Positions 19,538 through 27,568 of a DNA stretch of 64,000 nt are shown piece by piece. The stretch spans positions 4,336 to 68,335 of the IMG/VR virus record IMGVR_UViG_3300025066_000003; one strand, written 5' to 3'. The stretch is from a virus. Lineage: Duplodnaviria; Caudoviricetes. The notes beneath the pieces were generated by a model. The model ran no database searches, was not told the DNA's origin, and saw only the letters and a program-made list of their open reading frames with translations. Position 1 is the stretch's first letter, and each line of letters starts with the position of its first letter. The position numbers and the translations under genes are program-made.

Positions 19538-19727
19538 ATGGCTCTATGTCAGTTTCAGCGTCACAGTTACCACACCATATGTATTCAGTGGGATAGTCTA
19601 CCCCTCCTGATACAGGTAGGTTACTGTAACCATCATCATTCACTTCGTACCCCGCTAAGTGGTACTCGATAATGTTATCTACCTCACCACATAAAGTGCA
19701 ACACATTTCAGTCGGATGTCTCATCAC
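19500..19727 (-). CDS. Zinc-ribbon-like hypothetical protein
   Basis: CTLCG...CGNCD. Confidence 0.55.
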   Translation of the reverse strand: MMRHPTEMCCTLCGEVDNIIEYHLAGYEVNDDGYSNLPVSGGVDYPTEYIWCGNCDAETDIEPFEDWHERTTNEE

Positions 19728-19926
19728 AGCTCTCCAGTTTTTCTACAAGTTCACAGTACCTATCACTATCTAAGCCTACGCATTGTTGTTCCTCATTATC
19801 AGGGTCATACATCTCGTCATCTCTATAGATTTCACAGTCCTTACAACCAACGACATCAGCCCATTCTTGAAGGGCATCGAGTAGGTTTTCACACTCATCT
19901 TTATTTAACTGTATCATCACAGCCAC
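19708..19926 (-). CDS. Hypothetical acidic protein
   Basis: 72-aa ORF. Confidence 0.55.
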   Translation of the reverse strand: MAVMIQLNKDECENLLDALQEWADVVGCKDCEIYRDDEMYDPDNEEQQCVGLDSDRYCELVEKLESCDETSD

Positions 19927-20264
19927 TCCTTTGCATCTGCTACCATACTTTCGATAGCCAAGTATACATTATGTGGCTCATTCCAACTCTCTTCTATACA
20001 ACACTTACATAAATCTATAAGTTCTTCATCAAACCCATATGCTTCTCGTAGTACTGAAGCAATCTCTACCCGTGCCTCTATAACATCTGATACCTTTATA
20101 CCTGAGGTCATTCTAGGGGTATCAAAGTGTATGAGGAAAGAATCTGGTGATACAGTAACATACATACGAACAGATTCTCCATTCGTTTCGGCAGTTATAA
20201 TACATTGACCATCTTCAGTAACTGATACGCTTCCATTGATTTCGTCTTTCATTCGATTTTCCAT
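19917..20264 (-). CDS. Hypothetical protein
   Basis: 115-aa ORF with AGGAG RBS. Confidence 0.6.
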   Translation of the reverse strand: MENRMKDEINGSVSVTEDGQCIITAETNGESVRMYVTVSPDSFLIHFDTPRMTSGIKVSDVIEARVEIASVLREAYGFDEELIDLCKCCIEESWNEPHNVYLAIESMVADAKEWL

Positions 20265-20394
20265 AACGCTTTATCTCCTGAGTTACAATAACTCGTTTAC
20301 CTGTCTGCGGATTTAGACATAACAATTCTAAATCACCATTAGATTTCGTCCAATAGTTTTCAACTATCAGACCATTGTACTTTCTTCCTATCAT
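20215..20394 (-). CDS. Hypothetical 59-aa protein (absent from the ORF track)
   Basis: MIGRKYNGLIVENYWTKSNGDLELLCLNPQTGKRVIV...; overlaps the next ORF by 50 nt. Confidence 0.4.
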   Translation of the reverse strand: MIGRKYNGLIVENYWTKSNGDLELLCLNPQTGKRVIVTQEIKRYGKSNERRNQWKRISY

Positions 20395-20429
20395 TTTATA
20401 TCCATACCTATCTCCTATTAAAGAAATTA

Positions 20430-20965
20430 AAAAACAACCTGCTTTACTAGTCGCACCGTAGTGTTACTTAGATTATATACCTGCGATGAACATGAAGTAA
20501 TTGTTACTAGCATTGCCAGTTGCTATCAGTCCTGAGTAGGGCTGTCATTATCGAAGAACATTATTGCACCCGTCTGGATGGGGCAGGTATTAAATTGTCG
20601 GGGAGCAGTAGCAGAGCCTCGGTATAGGTCTTATCTCTAATTCATTGTCTCAAGGACATTCGAGTCTTACTACTCCCCTTAGATTATTGACTCTGGACAC
20701 AAGCCACCGTGTCTATACCGTAATGAATCTTACATCATCTTCATACCCTAAGGTATCACCAAAGGCTTTGTACTCGGCAGAGTCTTAGATTGTGGGGCAG
20801 TAGTAGGGGCATCTGTCCCGACTCTATGATGCTTACCGACGGGGACTCCAACTACTACCACCCCTTAGATTGTAGAGCAGTTTTGCAACGTGCTCAGGTT
20901 TCAGGTTTTGTTCCAGACCGTTACTGGGATAGGTTACGGCTATCACTCGGATGCTTTTATACTCT
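20430..20965 (-). ncRNA. Putative array of five structured RNA domains separated by AYAAUYUAA linkers
   Basis: Linkers at 20468, 20590, 20679, 20785, 20865; each domain closed by a terminal stem next to the linker; G-U wobbles favour the minus strand; U-tract at about 20430. Confidence 0.6.
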
Positions 20966-21219
20966 GCATCACAGGTTGAGTTGATACTGTTTATACTCAC
21001 CAATAGTATCATACTGAGTTATTAGTATAATGTTATCCGCGTAATATAGGATAACCTAGGACGTACGCTAGCCTCTTATACTAATGTTTGTTGTTTTGTT
21101 ACTCTTGGTTACAACTAACCGCATCACGCCACTTGCTCCGCACTTTTCACCGTGAGATATTAGGTTTAATTAAGTGAAGCCACATGCAAACCTAAAAAGT
21201 TTGGCGTTCACTATGTAAC

Positions 21220-21729
21220 TTAGACGTTATCAATAGCAGAGAATACCTCGGCTATCTTGTCTGTCCTAAGTTCAAGCATGTTCTTACAACGAAGGTAACG
21301 ACCCTTCTCCCTAGCATTGGTAAACTTCTCAATGCTCTTATCACTCTCCATGATACTAGCGATTAGGTTTTCATCAAGTGAATCAATGAATCCCTGCTCA
21401 TCTGCTGTTACCTTTGCGTTGTCAGCCTCATGCTTCTCTGATAAATACTGAATAAATGGATTACTCATAGTCTTATCTCCTTCATACATTACCACATTAT
21501 TAAGTACATTACTTATTGTACTCTCTCTTTTGGTAGGATTCTCTTTCCACGTATGTATATGTGTACGTATCCACTGTAAAGCCTCGTCCAATTCGCACTC
21601 ATATCCCCACTCTCCAAAGCGTTTATCGCAGACTCTAAAAGAGCCGTGAGTAGGGTGTTCTACACATACCTTGTTCTTCATAAATTGGACAGACCATCCA
21701 CCTTCTTCTAGTTGTTGTCGTGCGTTCAT
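21220..21729 (-). CDS. Hypothetical protein with an in-frame internal start at 21468
   Basis: 169-aa ORF; internal GAAGGAGA RBS before MSNPFIQ. Confidence 0.6.
   Translation of the reverse strand: MNARQQLEEGGWSVQFMKNKVCVEHPTHGSFRVCDKRFGEWGYECELDEALQWIRTHIHTWKENPTKRESTISNVLNNVVMYEGDKTMSNPFIQYLSEKHEADNAKVTADEQGFIDSLDENLIASIMESDKSIEKFTNAREKGRYLRCKNMLELRTDKIAEVFSAIDNV
21526..21542 (-). promoter_or_regulatory. Putative class B promoter
   Basis: Exact 17-mer; about 45 nt upstream of the internal RBS. Confidence 0.65.
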
Positions 21730-21742
21730 CGTATTCGTTCTC

Positions 21743-23845
21743 CTATGTTATGAAGTAGTTAGCCTGTGATACCAACTCGGTATCCAAAGTACCAAACTCT
21801 GGGCATTCTACCTCGTATACTTCCGCCAATACTTCAAGCGGATTCGTTTCGATTATCTTTCTAAACACGGTAGGTACTGTTGTTACCAACAAGCCTACGA
21901 AGTTAGCATGAGTAGCAAAGCAATCATGTACTGTGCTAACGTGTGCTGTTACCTTGCTTATGTCTATCACTATGTAATGCAAGTGGCTTGCATCCATACT
22001 GTGAATGTACTGAGGTGGTGCAGATGACACAGCCTTACGCTTGTTAAGTTCTGTATCGAAGATAGTAAACTTAAGTTGCGTACTTGTCTGGTCATCAAAC
22101 AACTCACTCGCTGTAAGGTTGAACTCTATCTTAGTGTTAGGGTGGTTGCGTACTAGTACACCACTAGGTGATAGCCATTCCATACATTGGTTATCATCAT
22201 TGGCTACCTTAACACACGCTCTTAAGAAGTTAGTTACCTCTAGTGCCGATGGTGCTACTGCATACAAGGATGTTTCATAGTCCCCTGCTAAAGCGAATGA
22301 TGCATGCCATTGCTTGTCCACAGGTATATCAATCTGAGCCATCACACTGTCAGGGTTAGCACCTACTGTCCACTGTGGTTCATCCTCTGTGCCTAGATTA
22401 ACCCAATGCTTCTTACCCATGAGCCTACTTGTAATCCCTCTACGCTTGCCACCATAGCCAATGACTAGGGTTGCATTCTTTCCTACCTTTCTATCACACA
22501 GCTTATCAGTGTGTTGAGTAAAGATGTCTATGAAGTCATGGTCTCTCTCATCGTTAGCCCATGCCCTAGCATTCTCATCTGCTACATCAGTGTGGAAGTC
22601 ATACGGTTTATCACACGGTAGGACATTGGTACGCCTTGCTAAGTCCTCATCTTTCAACAGACCTGCGAACCACTGATAGTTATTACAGGTTGCATCCAGA
22701 GTTACAGGTAAGCAGGTCATCCCTGTTTCCGATATGTTCTTCGCTTCTATACACGCAGTCATACACTGGAAGGTCTTAACTTTACTGCCGAATCCTTCCC
22801 AGAATAATTCCTTGTGTCCGATTGGGTCATAGCCCACATCTAGGATTGTTTCTATGTTGCCATCCACCCAATCTACACGCTCATCGAATGATAGTTTGTC
22901 TATCTTCTTACCGTCTGCTATTGGTAGTCCACTACATTGGTTGGCTATGTGTACCCTCATCCAATACCACCCCTCTTTGGTAATTGGAATTGATTTACCA
23001 TACACCAACAGACCACGACTCATGTCGTTACCTTGTGGTGATAGGATGTCTGCTTGATACCCTACTCTACCTCTAAAGTCTATGTATGTAGGATTCCATA
23101 ACTCATGTCCTTCTAATTCCTGAGCCACAAACAACGCCATGTCATGAGCGTACTTGTTTGTTTCCCGTGCTTCCATGTACGGTTGCATAAGGAACTCAAT
23201 ACTTCTCATGGCTTCGCTATTGATACGCCACGATGTATTTTGTAAGGCGTTCAACGCATCTAATACAGGCATGGCTTTAATGGCAGACCATTTACCATTC
23301 GCTACACCCTTGCGTAGTTTACCTGTCAAGTACCCACCTGATTCTGATAGTGTGTGTTGTATAGGCGGTACTACCATAGGTCTACGGTTCAATCCGCATA
23401 GTCCCCACAATTTATATGTATCGAGCAACTCTCTGAACAGGGATGTTATGCTTACCACAGTGGTAGGTTCGCCGCCCTTAGTGGTGGTAACTCGTATTAA
23501 CCCACACTCTCTACAAGTATGCAAGATATTCCACGCTAGTAGACATCTTGTTTTCTTATCATACTCACACATATAGACAAGGCGATTGCTTATCGTACCC
23601 ACTACACCATGTGCCTGTGCTACCCCACCTTCTTCCGAGGTGTACTCAAGTAACGCACAGATAGTAACGAAGGATACACCTTCCATACCCATATCTTTCA
23701 CCGCCCTCACCCATCTAGGCGTACACTCAAAGCGGTCGAACACCTGCTCTAGTGCTTGCGTTAGTAGTGTGGAGATTGGGTTGGCATCGAATGCCGTACC
23801 CGTAACTTGGTTTTCAATAGCGAGTTGAATCTCATGCTTGTTCAT
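21743..23845 (-). CDS. T7-type single-subunit RNA polymerase, copy 2 (700 aa, short N-terminus)
   Basis: DFRGR, motif A DATCN, motif B RKVGKNATLVIGYG, YIHSMDA, motif C VHDCF. Confidence 0.93.
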   Translation of the reverse strand: MNKHEIQLAIENQVTGTAFDANPISTLLTQALEQVFDRFECTPRWVRAVKDMGMEGVSFVTICALLEYTSEEGGVAQAHGVVGTISNRLVYMCEYDKKTRCLLAWNILHTCRECGLIRVTTTKGGEPTTVVSITSLFRELLDTYKLWGLCGLNRRPMVVPPIQHTLSESGGYLTGKLRKGVANGKWSAIKAMPVLDALNALQNTSWRINSEAMRSIEFLMQPYMEARETNKYAHDMALFVAQELEGHELWNPTYIDFRGRVGYQADILSPQGNDMSRGLLVYGKSIPITKEGWYWMRVHIANQCSGLPIADGKKIDKLSFDERVDWVDGNIETILDVGYDPIGHKELFWEGFGSKVKTFQCMTACIEAKNISETGMTCLPVTLDATCNNYQWFAGLLKDEDLARRTNVLPCDKPYDFHTDVADENARAWANDERDHDFIDIFTQHTDKLCDRKVGKNATLVIGYGGKRRGITSRLMGKKHWVNLGTEDEPQWTVGANPDSVMAQIDIPVDKQWHASFALAGDYETSLYAVAPSALEVTNFLRACVKVANDDNQCMEWLSPSGVLVRNHPNTKIEFNLTASELFDDQTSTQLKFTIFDTELNKRKAVSSAPPQYIHSMDASHLHYIVIDISKVTAHVSTVHDCFATHANFVGLLVTTVPTVFRKIIETNPLEVLAEVYEVECPEFGTLDTELVSQANYFIT

Positions 23846-23870
23846 ATAGAACCTCCGTTGTTATGTACTT

Positions 23871-23901
23871 GGTGTACCCTAGACAGACGCTAGGGTACAC
23901 C
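23871..23901. other. Perfect 12-bp hairpin upstream of RNAP2 (processing site or terminator candidate)
   Basis: GGTGTACCCTAG-7 nt-CTAGGGTACACC. Confidence 0.6.
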
Positions 23902-23924
23902 GTAGTACCGTGTATGTATCTAAC

Positions 23925-24707
23925 TTACTGACCGAACTTCTCTAACAAGTTGGCGATGCCTCGCTGTACTTGCTCTGTTGTATCGGTCGCATCTTCATGA
24001 GCAAGGTTCTGTTTGGCTAGCATATCCACCAATGTACTAGTCCTCTTGCTACATGATTCAGGCAATCCAAGGGCTGACTTCAACTGTTCCCGTGTCATCT
24101 CAGCAGGGGCTAGTGCCTCGTATCCTGTTGCCTTGCTAATCGCATCGGTCAATGGATTAGCACGATTGTCAATGACATCGTTGTAGTATGGACGAGCCAA
24201 GTATACACCTGCTTCCTTGAATGGAGCATAGAACGCATTCTTTGCTTCATTGTTGGTGTTACCTTGTGCCTTGTGTCCTGTGATTTCGTGATCTTTACTC
24301 ACCTTATCACCATCCCATACACCCATGCATTCCCAAGTCCAACCGTTATCATCCCGTGTTCGTTGGATGTTAGCACCTGTGATTGTTTCGGATGCCTTGC
24401 GTTTCTTCTTGGACTTAGGTTTCACAGGGACAGGAGAAGCATCTGCTTTCATTGCTTTCAAACTGTCCGTGGGAACACCAAGTTGTCCAAGTAATGCTAG
24501 GATAGCATCAATTTGTGTGTTGTCAGGTGTAGGTTCTGCTTCACTAGCAGGTTTCCCATTCACATTCACAGTTGCACCAAGTTCCTCTAATGCCTTACCT
24601 GCATACTTTGAGCCATTGTCTGCTCGTCTTTGTAGTTCAGCCATTGCTTTCTCTCCGCCATGTTCCTTGAGTTGTTGAGTACTCATGCTAATAAATGCTT
24701 GTGCCAT
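23925..24707 (-). CDS. Early hypothetical protein (260 aa)
   Basis: Start reassigned to MAQAFIS behind an AAAGGAG RBS. Confidence 0.7.
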   Translation of the reverse strand: MAQAFISMSTQQLKEHGGEKAMAELQRRADNGSKYAGKALEELGATVNVNGKPASEAEPTPDNTQIDAILALLGQLGVPTDSLKAMKADASPVPVKPKSKKKRKASETITGANIQRTRDDNGWTWECMGVWDGDKVSKDHEITGHKAQGNTNNEAKNAFYAPFKEAGVYLARPYYNDVIDNRANPLTDAISKATGYEALAPAEMTREQLKSALGLPESCSKRTSTLVDMLAKQNLAHEDATDTTEQVQRGIANLLEKFGQ

Positions 24708-24797
24708 AGTGGACACTCCTTTGGTGCTTTGCACCATACGTGGTTGGGTTGGGTAGTCCCATAGTTAAACCCATATGTACATACACATACATATTCT

Positions 24798-24894
24798 TCT
24801 TTTGGTAGGATTCTTATATCACATACATGTACATATGTAATCTTTGATTCCTCTTTTGGTAGGATTCTTATATCATATACATATGTGTACATGT
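24798..24894 (-). promoter_or_regulatory. Tandem pair of class B promoters in a 54-bp direct repeat
   Basis: TCTTTTGGTAGGATTCTTATATCA at 24798 and 24852; intergenic. Confidence 0.7.
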
Positions 24895-24946
24895 TAATCC
24901 TTTGATGACAAAGGACAAAGGTTCTCAAGTATACACATACATGTAT

Positions 24947-25879
24947 CTATGTGGTCTTTCTGCCGTAACGGCAATTAGGGTGGTCGCACTCGTCATGACA
25001 CGCTTCACAATGAAGACAGTCCTCACAACAATCGTGCTTCTTACACAAGTCTTCCACAGGGATATGAGAATCACACCATCCCCGTGGATTATCAACGCAA
25101 TCTGGGCATCTTGACTTAATCATTTCTACCTCATACCATCCGAAACGCTTTCCCGTTTCATCTTTGATGTAGATGTTACTATCATCTGGCTCATGCCAAT
25201 GTGCTTGTCCATCGGCTATGTACATAGCAGCATCGTATGTTTCGTAGTTAATCTCACTAACAATGCTGGCTTGCCCATCGTTAAGTACGCTGACCTCAAC
25301 CAGACAACTATCTGGTCTGTTATCTGCGAAGCGTTTGAGGCAATCTTCGATAGTTCCTAGACAGAACCACATCCAATACTTAAAACCATACTCTTCTTCG
25401 ATGAGTATGACTTTGTATTCAACAGGCATTGCCTCGTCAGTGCCAGAAGCGATTGTCCATACCTGTCTCGCAAGTAATTCCCCCGCTACGATGACACTTG
25501 ATAAGGATGGTGTAAGATTCGTGATGCGTTTGATTTCATACGACATACTATCATCCATATGCTTCTCGGTTACTGCCAAGGCAGCCTTCGCTTCTTCTAG
25601 CGTTGAATGCACCGAGCATTCCTCCCCACATTCGTTGATTATTCTATACAAACTCATGTCTACCTTTACATTCTCAGTATCATGCTCCCGTTCTAGTTCT
25701 GATAATCTTACGAATGCTAACGCCCGTATCTCCGTTGGGGTTTTATTCCCATACGTATTCTCTTGTCCCGAAGGTGGGAACAATTCTTGTACAGTACCGA
25801 CACGTTCTCCGTCCTTGCTTATAGCAGGATAGATGAACCAGCAGTACGAGTCGTAGGTTTCGGTTTCTGGTTGTTTCAT
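24947..25879 (-). CDS. Early hypothetical protein with a Cys-rich C-terminus
   Basis: Start MKQPET behind AAAGGAG; CPDC..CKKH..CEDC..CEAC. Confidence 0.65.
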   Translation of the reverse strand: MKQPETETYDSYCWFIYPAISKDGERVGTVQELFPPSGQENTYGNKTPTEIRALAFVRLSELEREHDTENVKVDMSLYRIINECGEECSVHSTLEEAKAALAVTEKHMDDSMSYEIKRITNLTPSLSSVIVAGELLARQVWTIASGTDEAMPVEYKVILIEEEYGFKYWMWFCLGTIEDCLKRFADNRPDSCLVEVSVLNDGQASIVSEINYETYDAAMYIADGQAHWHEPDDSNIYIKDETGKRFGWYEVEMIKSRCPDCVDNPRGWCDSHIPVEDLCKKHDCCEDCLHCEACHDECDHPNCRYGRKTT

Positions 25880-25970
25880 ATCACATCTCCTTTGTTTGTA
25901 TATTCTTGCCATACCGACCAGAGTATGTAGCCCCATACGCTACATACCACGAATGTTGATACCGTGAGTA

Positions 25971-26300
25971 TCATACCATATCCTTCGCTTCTGCAATAGC
26001 GTCCGACATGTCGTCTATGAGTTGCATGGATAAGATGCCACGTTGGACATCCTTCATATGCCTCTCACGTAAGCGGTCAGCCTCTGCTCTCTTTGCATGA
26101 CGTGCAAGGTATTCCTTGCGGGTTTCTTTCGTGCGAGCCACGAATCGTGTGGGTGATGAACCACAGCCACTACCTGTGCGATTGGTGGACTCAATCACTA
26201 GGCGGTCTGTGGAACCTTCTTCGAAGTTCAGTCGTGCATGAAGGTCGTTAGCCTTCGTTGCGGAGTGAACTCCTTGCGTGTTGGGGTGTGTCATAGACAT
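25971..26300 (-). CDS. Early hypothetical protein
   Basis: 109-aa ORF with CAGGAG RBS. Confidence 0.65.
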   Translation of the reverse strand: MSMTHPNTQGVHSATKANDLHARLNFEEGSTDRLVIESTNRTGSGCGSSPTRFVARTKETRKEYLARHAKRAEADRLRERHMKDVQRGILSMQLIDDMSDAIAEAKDMV

Positions 26301-26322
26301 CTCCTGTTCACGTTCTTACACA

Positions 26323-26398
26323 CATACCATCCCTGTGTGCTTGGGTTTAGCGAGTGCTACACAAATGCTCCCCTCAGGTGAGAGGAGCATTTGAATTG
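26323..26398 (-). repeat. Conserved intergenic element, copy 1 (14-bp hairpin + GTGTAGCACTCGCTAAACCC..CAGGGATGGTATG)
   Basis: Shared with 26672-26748. Confidence 0.75.
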
Positions 26399-26414
26399 AA
26401 CCCGATAGGGAAAC

Positions 26415-26639
26415 TTAACGAACGATGTTCGTGGCGTAATGGTTGGCGATATAGACGATGCCAACACTCTTGGCGAGGTTGCGATAGGTAGCGAGGCTAA
26501 CATCGTAGGCATCGTTGCCTAATTCTAATGGGCAATTTTCGTTACCAATGTACCAAGTACGGGTTCGTCCTGAGTAACGCAAATGTGATGTAGGCACACC
26601 ATATAGCGTTGCTAGGAGATTTCGGATGAGTCGTTTCAT
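26415..26639 (-). CDS. Early hypothetical protein
   Basis: 74-aa ORF with GAAAGGA RBS. Confidence 0.6.
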   Translation of the reverse strand: MKRLIRNLLATLYGVPTSHLRYSGRTRTWYIGNENCPLELGNDAYDVSLATYRNLAKSVGIVYIANHYATNIVR

Positions 26640-26671
26640 GTGATAAGATTCCTTTCACAAACTGTTCCACG

Positions 26672-26748
26672 CATACCATCCCTGCGTGACAGGGTTTAGC
26701 GAGTGCTACACACAGGCTCTCTCCGTGGGCGAGAGAGCCTGTGAATTG
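26672..26748 (-). repeat. Conserved intergenic element, copy 2
   Basis: Same core as copy 1; 13-bp hairpin of different sequence. Confidence 0.75.
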
Positions 26749-26761
26749 GACACGCTAACGA

Positions 26762-27082
26762 TTAACCGATGAGGTGTGAGTAGTCCACGCCTTGGTCATC
26801 AGCACACGCTACGAGTTCTTTCCAAGTCCAACCTACGAAGTCGCCATCGTCTTCACAGGTTTCACGCAAGAGGTCTTTCAAGTCATTGCGTAGTGCGACT
26901 TTGGCTACTTTGCCGATGGCGTAGTAGTTCCACGCTTTAGGGGCTTTCGCCTTTTTCTTGCGGGATTTCTTCGCTGGTTTCGTTTCGGTTACGGTAACCG
27001 ATGCCCCTTGCGTAGCAAGGATGGTCACGAGTGCTGTAAGTTCAGCCACTTGTGCTTCGAGTGTTTTAAGGCTTGTAGCCAT
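26762..27082 (-). CDS. Early hypothetical protein (106 aa)
   Basis: Start MATSLK behind GGAGGT; Lys/Ala-rich linker. Confidence 0.65.
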   Translation of the reverse strand: MATSLKTLEAQVAELTALVTILATQGASVTVTETKPAKKSRKKKAKAPKAWNYYAIGKVAKVALRNDLKDLLRETCEDDGDFVGWTWKELVACADDQGVDYSHLIG

Positions 27083-27286
27083 AAGACACCTCCAGTTTCG
27101 CATGATGTCCCTCATGCAGGGTTCGTGAGTCAAACGCTCACGCCTACCGACTCCTGCGAACAGGAGTCGTAAGGCAAGGGCGTTTAGCCTTGCGTGGTAT
27201 ACGCTTCCCAAGCGTCATACCACTCGTCAGGTGTGTGATAATTCATAGCAAATCTCCGTTGTGCGTGATACCCTCACGCTTGGGGC

Positions 27287-27568
27287 TCATGCGAGCGTTA
27301 GTGTGTTAGGTGCTGAGGCGGGACACAGTTGCGATTCCTTGATGTCCTTCATGCACGTAGCGAGGAAAGGCACGAAGCCACGCTTCCAATGCCAGCGACC
27401 CCCACGCTTACCCCACGCAGGGCGTGTTTGTCCTTGTGGTATCCATGCGAAGTTCGTCCTGCGTATTATACGCCCGTCTCTGATTGTGGCTAGTACCAAA
27501 ACTGCCTCCAATCCCCCGTGTGAAACACAAGTCGTACCCCTTGTGCGTGGGTTATGCGAGAGTCGCAA
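27287..27568 (-). CDS. Early hypothetical protein
   Basis: 93-aa ORF; start uncertain. Confidence 0.4.
   Translation of the reverse strand: MRLSHNPRTRGTTCVSHGGLEAVLVLATIRDGRIIRRTNFAWIPQGQTRPAWGKRGGRWHWKRGFVPFLATCMKDIKESQLCPASAPNTLTLA

Noticed and set aside
20689-20784. Canonical tRNA gene
   Set aside because: It has a 7-bp terminal stem with a stacked 5-bp hairpin, but the loop is not TTCRA-like, there is no proper D or anticodon arm, and no CCA
20468-20873. CRISPR array
   Set aside because: Repeats are only 9 nt, spacers are 70-113 nt, variable and self-complementary, and no cas genes are present
20790-20984. Plus-strand 64-aa ORF
   Set aside because: Antisense to all transcription, no RBS, and it overlies the structured array
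21743-23845. RNAP2 as a pseudogene
   Set aside because: Uninterrupted frame, good RBS, and the catalytic Asp, Lys, Tyr and Asp residues are retained
24683-24928. 81-aa ORF with a repeated RILPKEE peptide
   Set aside because: The peptide repeat is just the translated class B DNA motif; the same peptide appears at the start of the 11861-12346 protein
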